The notes below the pieces were generated by a model that saw nothing but the letters and a program-made list of their open reading frames with translations, was not told the origin of the DNA and searched no databases. A stretch of DNA of 64,000 nucleotides. Origin: an uncultured Bacteroidota bacterium (GTDB taxonomy: Bacteria > Bacteroidota > Bacteroidia > Chitinophagales > Chitinophagaceae). The DNA is taken from NCBI GenBank assembly GCA_903835005.1, contig CAILLK010000117.1, positions 8,422-72,421 of the forward strand, written 5' to 3'. The translations under genes and the position numbers were made by a program. Below are positions 36,519 to 45,589 of the stretch, piece after piece (position 1 is the stretch's first letter; every line of letters begins with the position of its first letter).

Positions 36519-36917
36519 TCAATTCACCTGTGAATTAATATAAGCAGGCTTAGCACCAGGCCCCGAAACTATCTTTACCAGAAAGTAAATTATATTCCCT
36601 ATAGTGCCTATAAATATAAAAAGCAGTATCCACATCACTTTCTCCCCTTCGGTTCTGGTGCCGTTTTTTACTACATGAATTATATACCAGATCATCAATC
36701 CGAAATGAAGCAGAATATAACCAATAAAACCTGTTATTACTGCAGGGTTAAACAGATGCATAAAGTATTGCCTGAAAAACACCTGGGGGTCATTGTCTGG
36801 TGGAATATTGAGCACCATATCTTTAATGAAAAATATATATCCAACAAAAAATACCATGCCAAATACTATTGGCAGAAAAGTAAGTATACCGAGAATAGTT
36901 TTTGATCCGGAAGACAT
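36519..36917 (-). CDS. Small membrane protein with PLD-N-terminal-like (PLDc_N) C-terminal TM motif
   Basis: Four hydrophobic segments. KVMWILLFIFIGTIGNIIYFLV resembles the PLDc_N signature. Confidence 0.45.
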   Translation of the reverse strand: MSSGSKTILGILTFLPIVFGMVFFVGYIFFIKDMVLNIPPDNDPQVFFRQYFMHLFNPAVITGFIGYILLHFGLMIWYIIHVVKNGTRTEGEKVMWILLFIFIGTIGNIIYFLVKIVSGPGAKPAYINSQVN

Positions 36918-37002
36918 AGGATGAATTTTTTATAAAGCTATGAAAATTATAAATAAACCTTCAAGTATGGATGGATAAATTTTGTAGGCAGCTATGGGCC
37001 AA

Positions 37003-37575
37003 TTATGGCCTCAGCACTGTGATGTCGCCATTATCAAATATCTTTATTAGTCTCGACGGGCTGTGAATGGTTTCATCTTCCTGCCGGTATCGTACCACAT
37101 AATCGGCTTTATTTTTTATTGCCTCATCAATCATTGCAAATATAGCAGGCGTAGGCTGTCCGCTTATATTGGCCGAGGTGGATACTATCGGTTTCCGGTA
37201 CCTTTTTATCAATGCTTTGCAAAAGGGTTCTTTAATCACCCGTATGGCAATGCTCCCATCAGCCGCCACCAGGTTATCCGGGAAGCCAAGGGCATTTTCA
37301 TAAACCACTGTAGTGGGTGTCTCAAACTGTTCATTAATAGATATGATATCGGGGTGCGGGGTAGCCACATATTGTATCACATCGCGCGCCTCTGCCAGCA
37401 GCACAATGAGGCTCTTATCCTTACCCCGTTCTTTTATCCTGTATATTGCATCTACGGCAGCTTCATTGGTGGCATCGCATCCCAATCCCCAAACCGTATC
37501 CGTAGGGTAGAGTATCACGCCGCCACGCTGCAGCACCTCAATACAGTTTTTTATATCGTTTTCAAAGTCCACCAT
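37003..37575 (-). CDS. tsaC: L-threonylcarbamoyladenylate synthase (TsaC/YrdC family)
   Basis: VILYPTDTVWGLGCDATNEAAVDAIYRIKERGKDKSLIVL and PIVSTSANISGQP. The start was moved to Met12 (37575). Confidence 0.85.
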   Translation of the reverse strand: MVDFENDIKNCIEVLQRGGVILYPTDTVWGLGCDATNEAAVDAIYRIKERGKDKSLIVLLAEARDVIQYVATPHPDIISINEQFETPTTVVYENALGFPDNLVAADGSIAIRVIKEPFCKALIKRYRKPIVSTSANISGQPTPAIFAMIDEAIKNKADYVVRYRQEDETIHSPSRLIKIFDNGDITVLRP

Positions 37576-38561
37576 AACAGTTGTTCGTTGGTTATATTCA
37601 TAGCACATTTAAAATGACCTTTAGGGCAGGCTTTCAGCCCATGAAGGCCACATGGCCGGCACTTTAGCCTTTCAGTCACCTCAACCACTCTTGCCTGTGT
37701 CCGCATTGGCCCGAACCCAAATGCTGGCACCGTTGAGCAAAACACTGCCGTAAGCGGGGCATTCATAGCTGTAGTAAAATGCAGCGGAGCCGAGTCATTG
37801 GCATAGTTCATCACTGCCCCCTCCATCAGCGCCGCCGACTGCAGAAACGATAGCTTGCCACACAGATTTTCTGTTTTATGTTTACCTGAATTGCTGCAAA
37901 TCCATTCGCCCAAAACTTTATCTCCCGGTGCGCCTAGTAAATAAATCGGATATTCCTCCGGCAATTCAGCAATAAGTTCAGCCCATTTTTCGCGGGGAAA
38001 CTGCTTGGTAAACCATACACTCGATGGGGCAATACAAATGTATGGCGCTTGCTGGTATGGTTTTATCAGTCCATAATCTGCCGGCGAAGGGTAGAGCCGG
38101 GGCAAGGCAAAATTATTATCGGTTACCTCTGCTATTACCGCCTGGTTCCGTTGCACCTCATGCACCGGATTTGTACTGTATGGCTCAGAGAACAGATGTT
38201 TTACCTTTCTGTTATAGCAAAAAGACATTGGGTTTGCATCAAAACCTGCCTTATATTTTGCCCCCGAAAACATAGTTATTATCCCCGATGAGCTGAACCT
38301 GTGCAGATTAAAAACATGGGTATAGCCTTCCTTTCTAATCTGTCCAGTAATCTTCCTGAGGTTGGCAAGTTTATCAGTTTTCTTGTCCCAAACAAGCAGG
38401 TTTTTAATAAAAGGGTGCCCCTGAAGCAAGCCCTCATTGCCTTTTCGCAACAGAAAATCAATCTGCGCATCAGGAAAATGAAGGTGCAGTTTTTCAATAG
38501 CAGCAGTTGCCAGCACCACATCGCCCGTAAAAGCCGTTTGAATTACCAATGCTTTTTTCAT
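37551..38561 (-). CDS. Glycosyltransferase family 9 (heptosyltransferase-like)
   Basis: N-terminal ALVIQTAFTGDVVLATAAIEKLHLHFPDAQIDFL and C-terminal NDSAPLHFTTAMNAP are typical of the GT9 fold. Confidence 0.75.
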   Translation of the reverse strand: MKKALVIQTAFTGDVVLATAAIEKLHLHFPDAQIDFLLRKGNEGLLQGHPFIKNLLVWDKKTDKLANLRKITGQIRKEGYTHVFNLHRFSSSGIITMFSGAKYKAGFDANPMSFCYNRKVKHLFSEPYSTNPVHEVQRNQAVIAEVTDNNFALPRLYPSPADYGLIKPYQQAPYICIAPSSVWFTKQFPREKWAELIAELPEEYPIYLLGAPGDKVLGEWICSNSGKHKTENLCGKLSFLQSAALMEGAVMNYANDSAPLHFTTAMNAPLTAVFCSTVPAFGFGPMRTQARVVEVTERLKCRPCGLHGLKACPKGHFKCAMNITNEQLLWWTLKTI

Positions 38562-38659
38562 ATCCTGATATTCCCGTGGTGCAAATTAGCGCAAAAATGT
38601 TTCTCTCACTGATGCTGGTTTAAACTAGCTTTATTAGAAATCAGAAATTCATTCTGCAC

Positions 38660-39409
38660 CTATCTGTACATGTCTGTATTTAATTTTTTTCGTTTGAAGC
38701 TGAAATTAATAAACGGTAGTGTCCGTTTCCCTATTTTATTTAGCAGTCCTATCTGCACCAGGTGCCCCTCCTTGCATCGGTTATAAATACCTATTTGTAT
38801 ACCCCTTCCTTTGGTTACGCTGTTCACAGGCGCTACAAGCAGGCCGTTGAAGGAATAATGCAGATTGATTAACCCTGTTGTTTCCACGCCGTTCATCTGG
38901 TTTTCCATGCCCCATATGGCATTAATGGCCAAACCATTCATCCTGGTTTTTCCTTCGGTTATACCACCACTTACACTGATGCCGTTTATTTTAACCTTTA
39001 GCAGGGTATCTTGTTCCTTTACCCAAAATCCCCTTTCATGGTTCATCGAATCATTTTTTCTTTTTATGGCTATTTTGGTTGAATCATGTTTTTCAGCGTC
39101 TGCCTTTTTAATCAGTTCCGGACTTCTTATTATTATTTCCATAGTTGCGAAAGTGGCAAATAATAGCGGTAATGGATCCCCCTCAATACTCAATCCGTTT
39201 ATAGTAAGTGTTTCATTTTTCTCAGCAGGCGCTGCATAAAACCCCACACCTATTCCGTCAATTATTGTCGAATGTACAACCGGCAGGTACCAGAGGCCAT
39301 ACCGGTGGTAGGGAGGTTGTATGCGGTGAGAGGGATTTCTGTGTTTCACCTGAGCCCTGGCGGTCAGCACCATACTTAATAACACAACAACGATCCATGT
39401 TTTTTTCAT
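38660..39409 (-). CDS. Secreted repeat protein, function unknown
   Basis: Signal peptide MKKTWIVVVLLSMVLTARAQ. Recurrent short [IMF]NG[LIV] and QIG[IL]xN repeats. Family not confidently recognised. Confidence 0.45.
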   Translation of the reverse strand: MKKTWIVVVLLSMVLTARAQVKHRNPSHRIQPPYHRYGLWYLPVVHSTIIDGIGVGFYAAPAEKNETLTINGLSIEGDPLPLLFATFATMEIIIRSPELIKKADAEKHDSTKIAIKRKNDSMNHERGFWVKEQDTLLKVKINGISVSGGITEGKTRMNGLAINAIWGMENQMNGVETTGLINLHYSFNGLLVAPVNSVTKGRGIQIGIYNRCKEGHLVQIGLLNKIGKRTLPFINFSFKRKKLNTDMYR

Positions 39410-39461
39410 TTTTTATTTCTTTAGTTCTTGTCAAAAGTATTTTTCAGGTAACTGACATTAT

Positions 39462-39512
39462 TTGATAAATATCAAATTGTACCAAACCAGACGTGAATTT
39501 GATATTTATCAA
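39462..39512. promoter_or_regulatory. Two perfect FNR/CRP-type boxes (TTGAT-N4-ATCAA) forming a 17-bp perfect inverted repeat
   Basis: Box 1 is TTGATAAATATCAA at 39462-39475. Box 2 is TTGATATTTATCAA at 39499-39512. The arms 39462-39478 and 39496-39512 are exact reverse complements. The site lies in the divergent region upstream of the Crp/Fnr gene. Confidence 0.65.
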
Positions 39513-39568
39513 GTACTTTCATGTCCGGCCCGGGAAATCAACTGGATTCAAATTCATAACTTTATTGC

Positions 39569-40138
39569 ATGTTACAATCACTATATAGCTATATCAACCG
39601 CATTCATCCGGTTAGTGAAGACGTAATGCAGGCCATAGGTAATTCCTTCGAAATTATTGACATCCCCAGGCGGCAGGTACTGCTCAAAGATGGCGAAACC
39701 TGCCAGCATCTTTACCTCGTTCTGAGTGGCGTAATGCGCATGTACTATATTAAGGATGATGAAGAGGTGTCCTCTCTTTTTATTGAAGAAAACCATTTCT
39801 TCACCACACAGAGCTTTTATTCCCGCACTCCCGGCTATGAATATATAGATGCCATTTTACCCGCTACAGTGGCGCGCATACATTACACCCAATTGCAGAC
39901 ACTCTATAAATCATATCCCGGGTTGAATTATATAGCCAGGGTTATCACCGAAAACTACCTGGTAAAAAGCCAGGAGCGGTTATTCCTGCTGCGCAGGCAG
40001 ACAGCCGAAGAGCGTTACCTGTATTTTACAGAGCGTTACCCCACATTACTGCAAAAAGTACCGCTTAAATACATAGCATCTTATCTCGGCCTGACACTTG
40101 AAACCTTAAGCCGGATCAGGAACAAAATACGTAAGTAG
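39569..40138 (+). CDS. Crp/Fnr family transcriptional regulator
   Basis: cNMP-binding-like barrel (LLKDGETCQHLYLVLSGVMRMYYI) and C-terminal HTH (LKYIASYLGLTLETLSRIRNKI). Confidence 0.85.
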   Translation: MLQSLYSYINRIHPVSEDVMQAIGNSFEIIDIPRRQVLLKDGETCQHLYLVLSGVMRMYYIKDDEEVSSLFIEENHFFTTQSFYSRTPGYEYIDAILPATVARIHYTQLQTLYKSYPGLNYIARVITENYLVKSQERLFLLRRQTAEERYLYFTERYPTLLQKVPLKYIASYLGLTLETLSRIRNKIRK

Positions 40139-40223
40139 GTTTTGGCTCTAACAGATCTGTATTGGATAGTTAATTTTTCAGCAATTGTTAAATTAGTTAC
40201 CTGCTGCTAAGTAATGAACCAAA

Positions 40224-40257
40224 GTCGTCAGTACCGCTTCTTCAGCGGTCAGACGAC
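40224..40257. repeat. REP-like imperfect palindrome, copy 1
   Basis: GTCGTCAGTACCGCTTCTTCAGCGGTCAGACGAC has stems GTCGTC/GACGAC and ACCGCT/AGCGGT. Confidence 0.65.
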
Positions 40258-40400
40258 TTTTAGCTCAGGTAACCACAATAGCTTCATTTCAATAGATTGT
40301 AAGTTAAATATTCGATAATCATGGACGCCAGACTAATTTTTGCTATACTTTAAAAGTACTAAAAAGCGAGATTCAGATGAGGAGAGTACTAATAGCCTTT

Positions 40401-40426
40401 ACTGCTTTTTCGGCGGTCAGACGATG
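40401..40426. repeat. REP-like element, copy 2 (5'-degenerate)
   Basis: ACTGCTTTTTCGGCGGTCAGACGATG aligns with the 3' two-thirds of copy 1. Confidence 0.5.
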
Positions 40427-40594
40427 TTTTGTTGGATTATGTACCATTAAATGAAGTCACAAATTTTTCATTTGCGCTATATAGTTCTTTAATAATGAAA
40501 AATTACCAATATTCCATCAATGAACAAGATATATCAAATACAATTTTTTAACGAAACTGATTTACAATCAAAATGAAGTTTATTATTTTGTGGA

Positions 40595-41221
40595 ATGAAC
40601 CTTCTTCCTGGCGATTTACTGCATGTCTATAACCGAGGCAATAACAAACAACAGGTTTTCTTTAATGAAAATCATTACCATTATTTTTTAAACAAAATTA
40701 ATAAACATATTGCAAGTGTTTCAGATATTATTGCATATTGCCTGATGCCAAACCATTTTCACCTTTTAGTGCATGTTAATGAAAAATCCGGAATTGAAAA
40801 AAAAATTGGCTCGCTGGTATCTAATGAATTACAAAATGGGTTTAGAATTTTACAAAGCTCTTATGCCAGCGCTATAAATAAAGAATACGGAAGAACAGGT
40901 TCGATATTTCAGCAAAACACGAAATTCAAACTTTTAAGTAGTCAGTGTAACCATTCTTATGAAGGTACTTATGCAGAAGTATGTTTTCATTATATCCACC
41001 AAAACCCGCTAAAAGCTGGTTTAGTAATTAAACTTGAAGATTGGAGTTTCTCTTCGTTTAAAGAATATCTGCAGCTTAGTAACAGGGAATTTCAAAATAA
41101 CTTTAATCATTCCATTTGTAATATAGATTTGGCAGCCAGGCTCTTGAAAATAAGGGCAGATACCTTTTACAAAATAAGTTATAATGCTATTAAACCAGAG
41201 TTACTTGACAAAATATTTTAA
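40595..41221 (+). CDS. REP-associated tyrosine transposase-like protein (RAYT; IS200/IS605 Y1 transposase superfamily)
   Basis: HVYNRGNNKQQVF, the HUH motif in YCLMPNHFHLLVHV, and the Tyr-containing helix FHYIHQNPLKAGLV. REP-like palindromes flank it on both sides. Confidence 0.8.
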   Translation: MNLLPGDLLHVYNRGNNKQQVFFNENHYHYFLNKINKHIASVSDIIAYCLMPNHFHLLVHVNEKSGIEKKIGSLVSNELQNGFRILQSSYASAINKEYGRTGSIFQQNTKFKLLSSQCNHSYEGTYAEVCFHYIHQNPLKAGLVIKLEDWSFSSFKEYLQLSNREFQNNFNHSICNIDLAARLLKIRADTFYKISYNAIKPELLDKIF

Positions 41222-41335
41222 ATGTAGAATGCAATCAGGAATATGTTGAATTAAGCAGGGACCTATCAAGCCTGTATCGATTTTCCCGGTGACCGCATAA
41301 TGGTGCCTGGGATTTGGAACCTCACTCAGCAAAAC

Positions 41336-41372
41336 GTTCCGTCTGACCGCGAAAAAGCGGTGCTGACGGAAC
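41336..41372. repeat. REP-like palindrome, copy 3 (inverted relative to copies 1 and 2)
   Basis: GTTCCGTCTGACCGCGAAAAAGCGGTGCTGACGGAAC. CGTCTGACCGC is the reverse complement of GCGGTCAGACG in copies 1 and 2. Confidence 0.65.
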
Positions 41373-41455
41373 ATTTGTTCTTAATTAAACTTTTTTATAT
41401 AATTTTTAGAGCCAGAAGATCATTGCGAGTTTATTTAAATCGAGAATGGAGTTTT

Positions 41456-41482
41456 GCCGTCAGAACCGCTTTTCGTGCTCAC
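41456..41482. repeat. REP-like element, copy 4 (degenerate)
   Basis: GCCGTCAGAACCGCTTTTCGTGCTCAC aligns with the reverse complement of copy 3. Confidence 0.45.
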
Positions 41483-41557
41483 AATAATGTGGTGTTAAAG
41501 TATGTTACTGCCTTCAATTCAATGTACCCAATTTGAAAAACAGGTAGTGAGAAAATT

Positions 41558-42907
41558 TTATATCGCAAACTCCACTCCGGTATAGTTATGCGGCGTTATC
41601 GCCTTCAGTTCCTTCTTCACCTTGGCGCTCACTTTCAGCGTGCCTATAAACTCATGTATATCCTGCTTTGTAATGCTGGCCTTGCCCCTTGTCAGTTCTT
41701 TCAGTGCCTCATAGGGTTTCGGGTAATTTTCCCGCCGCAATATGGTCTGTATAGCCTCAGCCACTACAGCCCAGTTCTTTTCAAGATCCTCTTCCAGTTT
41801 CTCCTTATTGAGCAGCAATTTGCCCATACCTTTCTCTATACTTAACAAGGCCAGGTAGCTGTGGCTCAGTGGCACGCCTATATTGCGCAGCACGGTGCTA
41901 TCTGTCAGGTCTCGCTGCAGCCGGCTTATAGGTAGCTTGGCGCTCAGGTGTTCGTAAAGGGCATTGGCTATACCCAGGTTGCCCTCCGCATTTTCAAAAT
42001 CTATCGGGTTCACTTTGTGCGGCATGGCGCTGCTGCCCACTTCACCCGCCTTTACCTTCTGCTTGAAATACTCTACAGATATATATTGCCATATATCCCT
42101 GCACAGATCTATGAGTATGGTATTGATGCGCTTCAGTGAGTCAAATTGCGCCGCAAGGTTATCATAATGTTCTATTTGGGTGGTATACTGCATACGCTCC
42201 AGTCCCAGCTTGCGGTTCACAAAGTCATTCCCGAATTGCTCCCAGTCCATTCCCGGAAAAGCCACATGATGCGCATTGAAATTACCCGTAGCGCCGCCAA
42301 ACTTGGCCGCAAACGGTATATTCATCAGTTGTTCTATCTGGCCCTCCAGCCGCTCCACAAATACCATCAGTTCCTTTCCCAGCTTGGTAGGCGATGCAGG
42401 CTGTCCGTGTGTGCGTGCCAGCATGGGTACATCCTTCCAGTCGCTGGCCATGCGGTACAGGGCCAGGTGCATATTAAACAGCAGCGGCAGATACTGCTCC
42501 TCCAGCGCATCTTTCCACAGCAGCGGAATAGAGGTATTATTGATATCCTGCGAGGTGAGCCCGAAATGAATCCACTCCACACTATCGCCCGCGCCCAGTT
42601 CCTCAAGTTTGTCCTTCAGAAAGTACTCCACTGCCTTTACATCATGGTTGGTCGTGCGCTCGGTAGCCTTTATCTTCAGAGCATCCTCAATAGTAAACTG
42701 GTCATAGATAGCCCTTAGTTTTGCAGGTTTTATCTTGGCAGGCAATTTGATCACTTTTTTCTCCGCCAGAAACAGAAAGTACTCCACCTCCACTTTTACC
42801 CGGTACCTGATAAGTCCGAACTCCGAAAAGTAAGGGGCAAGGTTATCTAATTGGCGGCGGTAGCGCCCGTCAATAGGGCTGATGGCGGTAAGTGCATTAA
42901 GTTCCAT
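41558..42907 (-). CDS. purB: Adenylosuccinate lyase
   Basis: From Met24, MELNALTAISPIDGRYRRQ matches the PurB N-terminus. The fumarate-lyase signature SSAMPHKVNP is present. The ORF-track start 42976 adds 23 non-conserved residues. Confidence 0.9.
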   Translation of the reverse strand: MELNALTAISPIDGRYRRQLDNLAPYFSEFGLIRYRVKVEVEYFLFLAEKKVIKLPAKIKPAKLRAIYDQFTIEDALKIKATERTTNHDVKAVEYFLKDKLEELGAGDSVEWIHFGLTSQDINNTSIPLLWKDALEEQYLPLLFNMHLALYRMASDWKDVPMLARTHGQPASPTKLGKELMVFVERLEGQIEQLMNIPFAAKFGGATGNFNAHHVAFPGMDWEQFGNDFVNRKLGLERMQYTTQIEHYDNLAAQFDSLKRINTILIDLCRDIWQYISVEYFKQKVKAGEVGSSAMPHKVNPIDFENAEGNLGIANALYEHLSAKLPISRLQRDLTDSTVLRNIGVPLSHSYLALLSIEKGMGKLLLNKEKLEEDLEKNWAVVAEAIQTILRRENYPKPYEALKELTRGKASITKQDIHEFIGTLKVSAKVKKELKAITPHNYTGVEFAI

Positions 42908-43027
42908 GCCGCAAAGATAGAAAAAGACCGTTGGTATCAGTAGTTTTGCATTGGTGGTTTTTAAGGGTGTTTGCAACTGGTATTATTTAGTATTTTTACT
43001 TAATTTTGTTTACGTAAATGTTTGTTT

Positions 43028-43210
43028 ATGACAAATAAGGAAATTGAGGAATTCTACCAACACCTGCTTAAAGAAAAGGAAATGGCCGAAAATGAAACAA
43101 AAGAAGAAGCTGATGCATTTCTGAAAAGAGTGGGTATCCTTACTAAAAGCGGAAACGTAGCCAAACCGTATAATCAGATATGGAAGCGCAAACGTATGGT
43201 CAAGGTCTGA
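43028..43210 (+). CDS. Small acidic/basic protein, unknown (possible partner of the next gene)
   Basis: 60 aa from ATG 43028 (the ORF-track start is TTG 43022). Charged helical sequence. It overlaps the next ORF by 31 nt. Confidence 0.35.
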   Translation: MTNKEIEEFYQHLLKEKEMAENETKEEADAFLKRVGILTKSGNVAKPYNQIWKRKRMVKV

Positions 43211-43791
43211 TTATCGGCTATCATGGATGCGATCAGTCAGTGAGAGACCAGCTTATTGCAGATAATACCGCTTTTAAAGCGAGCGAAAACGGTTACGACT
43301 GGTTGGGGCATGGAATGTACTTTTGGGCAGGCGACGCTGAAAGGGCATTGGAATTTGCTCAATTCAAGAAAGATCATCCAAAGCAAGGTAAGAGTATTAT
43401 TGAAATACCCTCCGTGGTTGGTGCGGTAATTGATTTAGGTTATTGTTTAGACCTTATAAATTCTGGTTCACTAAAATTATTGAAAATCGCTTACGAACTT
43501 CTTATTGCGAAAATAGGGCACAGTAAAGATTTACTGCCATTTAACAAACCCTTGAAAGGTGGGCATGATCTCATTTTTCGGTTTTTAGATTGTGCAGTTA
43601 TTGAAACTTTGCATAGTGATAGAAAAAAACACAATTCCCCTGCTTTTGATTCGGTAAGAGGCGTTTTCTGGGAAGGCGAAGAACTTTATGAAAATGCCGG
43701 TTTTAAGGAAAAAAATCATATTCAGATCTGTATCAGAAATGCTGATTGTATAAAGGGATTTTTTATTCCAAGAATTTCAGGTGAGAAGTAA
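43180..43791 (+). CDS. Uncharacterised protein with DUF3990-like / ADP-ribosyltransferase-like H-Y motifs
   Basis: IIGYHGC (His15) and DWLGHGMYFWAGDAERALEFA (aa 40-60) resemble the YHG[ST] and GxGxYF strands of H-Y-[EDQ] ART/PARP folds, and DUF3990 as I recall it. Confidence 0.4.
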   Translation: MEAQTYGQGLIIGYHGCDQSVRDQLIADNTAFKASENGYDWLGHGMYFWAGDAERALEFAQFKKDHPKQGKSIIEIPSVVGAVIDLGYCLDLINSGSLKLLKIAYELLIAKIGHSKDLLPFNKPLKGGHDLIFRFLDCAVIETLHSDRKKHNSPAFDSVRGVFWEGEELYENAGFKEKNHIQICIRNADCIKGFFIPRISGEK

Positions 43792-43927
43792 TTTATTTAC
43801 TTTATGAAAAATACTTCCCTGAATTTATTCCATCCATTCATCAAAGTGAGAAATTGCCTGTAGTATGGCAGTGGACTACATTCAGCAATAGTTTTTACCT
43901 TTAATTACAAAACACGCCCACTTAGAA

Positions 43928-45589
43928 ATGAAATCACTGATTTATTTGCTTGCTTTGCTGTTTGTCAATCTGGTATACATCAATACATTTGCCCAAAACA
44001 AATTTAATGATACCGGCAAGCTGGCTTCATTGTGCAAAGTGTGGGGAATGCTCAAATACTTTCATCCTCAGGTCGGTAATGGAAAACGGGATTGGGACAA
44101 AGAGCTGATGGATAAAATTCCGGATGTGCTGAATGCTGAAAACAGGACTGCCCTCGATAAAATTTATACAAGTTGGATTGCTGCACTGGGGCCAATGGAC
44201 GAGCTGAAGATTAGCCCCGAACCGGAAACTGTTACTGAATCGAATAAATTTTTGGAATGGGAAAAGGATAGTGTGTATTTCAGCAATGAAATGGACTCGC
44301 TGATGAATTTTGTTTTTACTCACAGGCTTAAGGGAGAGAATTACTATGTATCTGCTCACCAATATACCCATCAGGCAGAGTTTGAGAATGAAAATGACTT
44401 TAAAGGCCAATTGAATCCTTCAAAAGAAATGAGACTGCTGGCACTGTTCCGGTACTGGAATATGATTGAGTATTATTTTCCATCGAAATACCTGATTGGC
44501 GAAGACTGGCAGCAGGTACTGAACGAAATGATCCCGGATTTTTATTTCAATAACCAATTGCCTTACAAAACCGCCTTGCGCGAATTGGTAGCATCCATTC
44601 ACGATTCACACGGTATGCTTATGCCTCCGGATTCTAATAAAACCGGCTACTACTGTGGCGACTTTACGATGAAGGTGATAGGTGATAAGGCGGTTGTAAC
44701 AGGAGTAATTAAAGATTCAATTCCAAATAGCAGTGGAATGAATTATGGAGATGTGATCACTGCTGTCAATGACACCTTGCTGGCAGATTATATTGCCGCA
44801 AAAAAGAAGTATATCAGCGCTTCTAACGATGCTGTTGTTTTAAGAACCATTCCGGTTTCAGATATTGTATGCGGATCTTCTGAAACGATCAGCCTGACTA
44901 TTGACCGGGGTGGGAGTGTAATGAAGAAAACCATTTACAGAGATACCTGTATTACTGCAAAAGGCATGAAGTTGCGCGATACTTCCAAACCGGTCTTCAG
45001 GATACTGGATGATGGAACCGGATATATAAATATGGGTCGGCTTACCGGGGATATGGTCAAAGATGCCTATAGCCTGGTTGCCGGTAAAAGCGCAGTAATT
45101 TTAGATGTAAGGAATTACCCGAAAGGAACAATGTATGAAATCTGCAGGCTTTTTGGAAAAGCTTTTGTACCCTTCGTTAAATTTACAGAGCCCGATTTTT
45201 CGTGCCCGGGTACTTTTAAATGGGCAAATGTCTACAGGTGCGGCCCCTTATTGCACAAAAAGATAAAGAACCGGAAAATAATAGTACTGATCAACGAACA
45301 GACTCAAAGCCATGCCGAATTTACCTGTATGGCCTTCAAAACACTGCCCGATGTTACATTTATTGGTAGCCAGACTGCAGGTGCAGATGGTAATGTTTCC
45401 CTGATTTCGCTGCCGGGCGGGTATAAAACTTATATGTCGGGCCTGGGTGTCTATTATCCCGATTGCACAGTAACCCAAAGGATAGGAATAGTGCCCGATA
45501 TTGAGGTACATCCAACTGTTAAGGGTATTCAGGAGCACCGTGATGAGGTCATGGAAAGGGCAATCAATTATATTAAGACCGGGAAATAG
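43928..45589 (+). CDS. S41 family peptidase (tail-specific protease-like)
   Basis: Signal peptide. C-terminal S41 block IIVLINEQTQSHAEFTCMAFKTLPDVTFIGSQTAGADGN. Confidence 0.75.
   Translation: MKSLIYLLALLFVNLVYINTFAQNKFNDTGKLASLCKVWGMLKYFHPQVGNGKRDWDKELMDKIPDVLNAENRTALDKIYTSWIAALGPMDELKISPEPETVTESNKFLEWEKDSVYFSNEMDSLMNFVFTHRLKGENYYVSAHQYTHQAEFENENDFKGQLNPSKEMRLLALFRYWNMIEYYFPSKYLIGEDWQQVLNEMIPDFYFNNQLPYKTALRELVASIHDSHGMLMPPDSNKTGYYCGDFTMKVIGDKAVVTGVIKDSIPNSSGMNYGDVITAVNDTLLADYIAAKKKYISASNDAVVLRTIPVSDIVCGSSETISLTIDRGGSVMKKTIYRDTCITAKGMKLRDTSKPVFRILDDGTGYINMGRLTGDMVKDAYSLVAGKSAVILDVRNYPKGTMYEICRLFGKAFVPFVKFTEPDFSCPGTFKWANVYRCGPLLHKKIKNRKIIVLINEQTQSHAEFTCMAFKTLPDVTFIGSQTAGADGNVSLISLPGGYKTYMSGLGVYYPDCTVTQRIGIVPDIEVHPTVKGIQEHRDEVMERAINYIKTGK

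Noticed and set aside
37063-37617. 184-aa plus-strand ORF opposite tsaC
   Set aside because: It is antisense to a gene with clear YrdC/TsaC motifs.
41300-41536. 78-aa ORF downstream of the RAYT gene
   Set aside because: It runs straight through REP copies 3 and 4, so its apparent coding capacity comes from the palindromic repeats.
42146-42718. 190-aa plus-strand ORF inside purB
   Set aside because: It is antisense to a highly conserved housekeeping gene.
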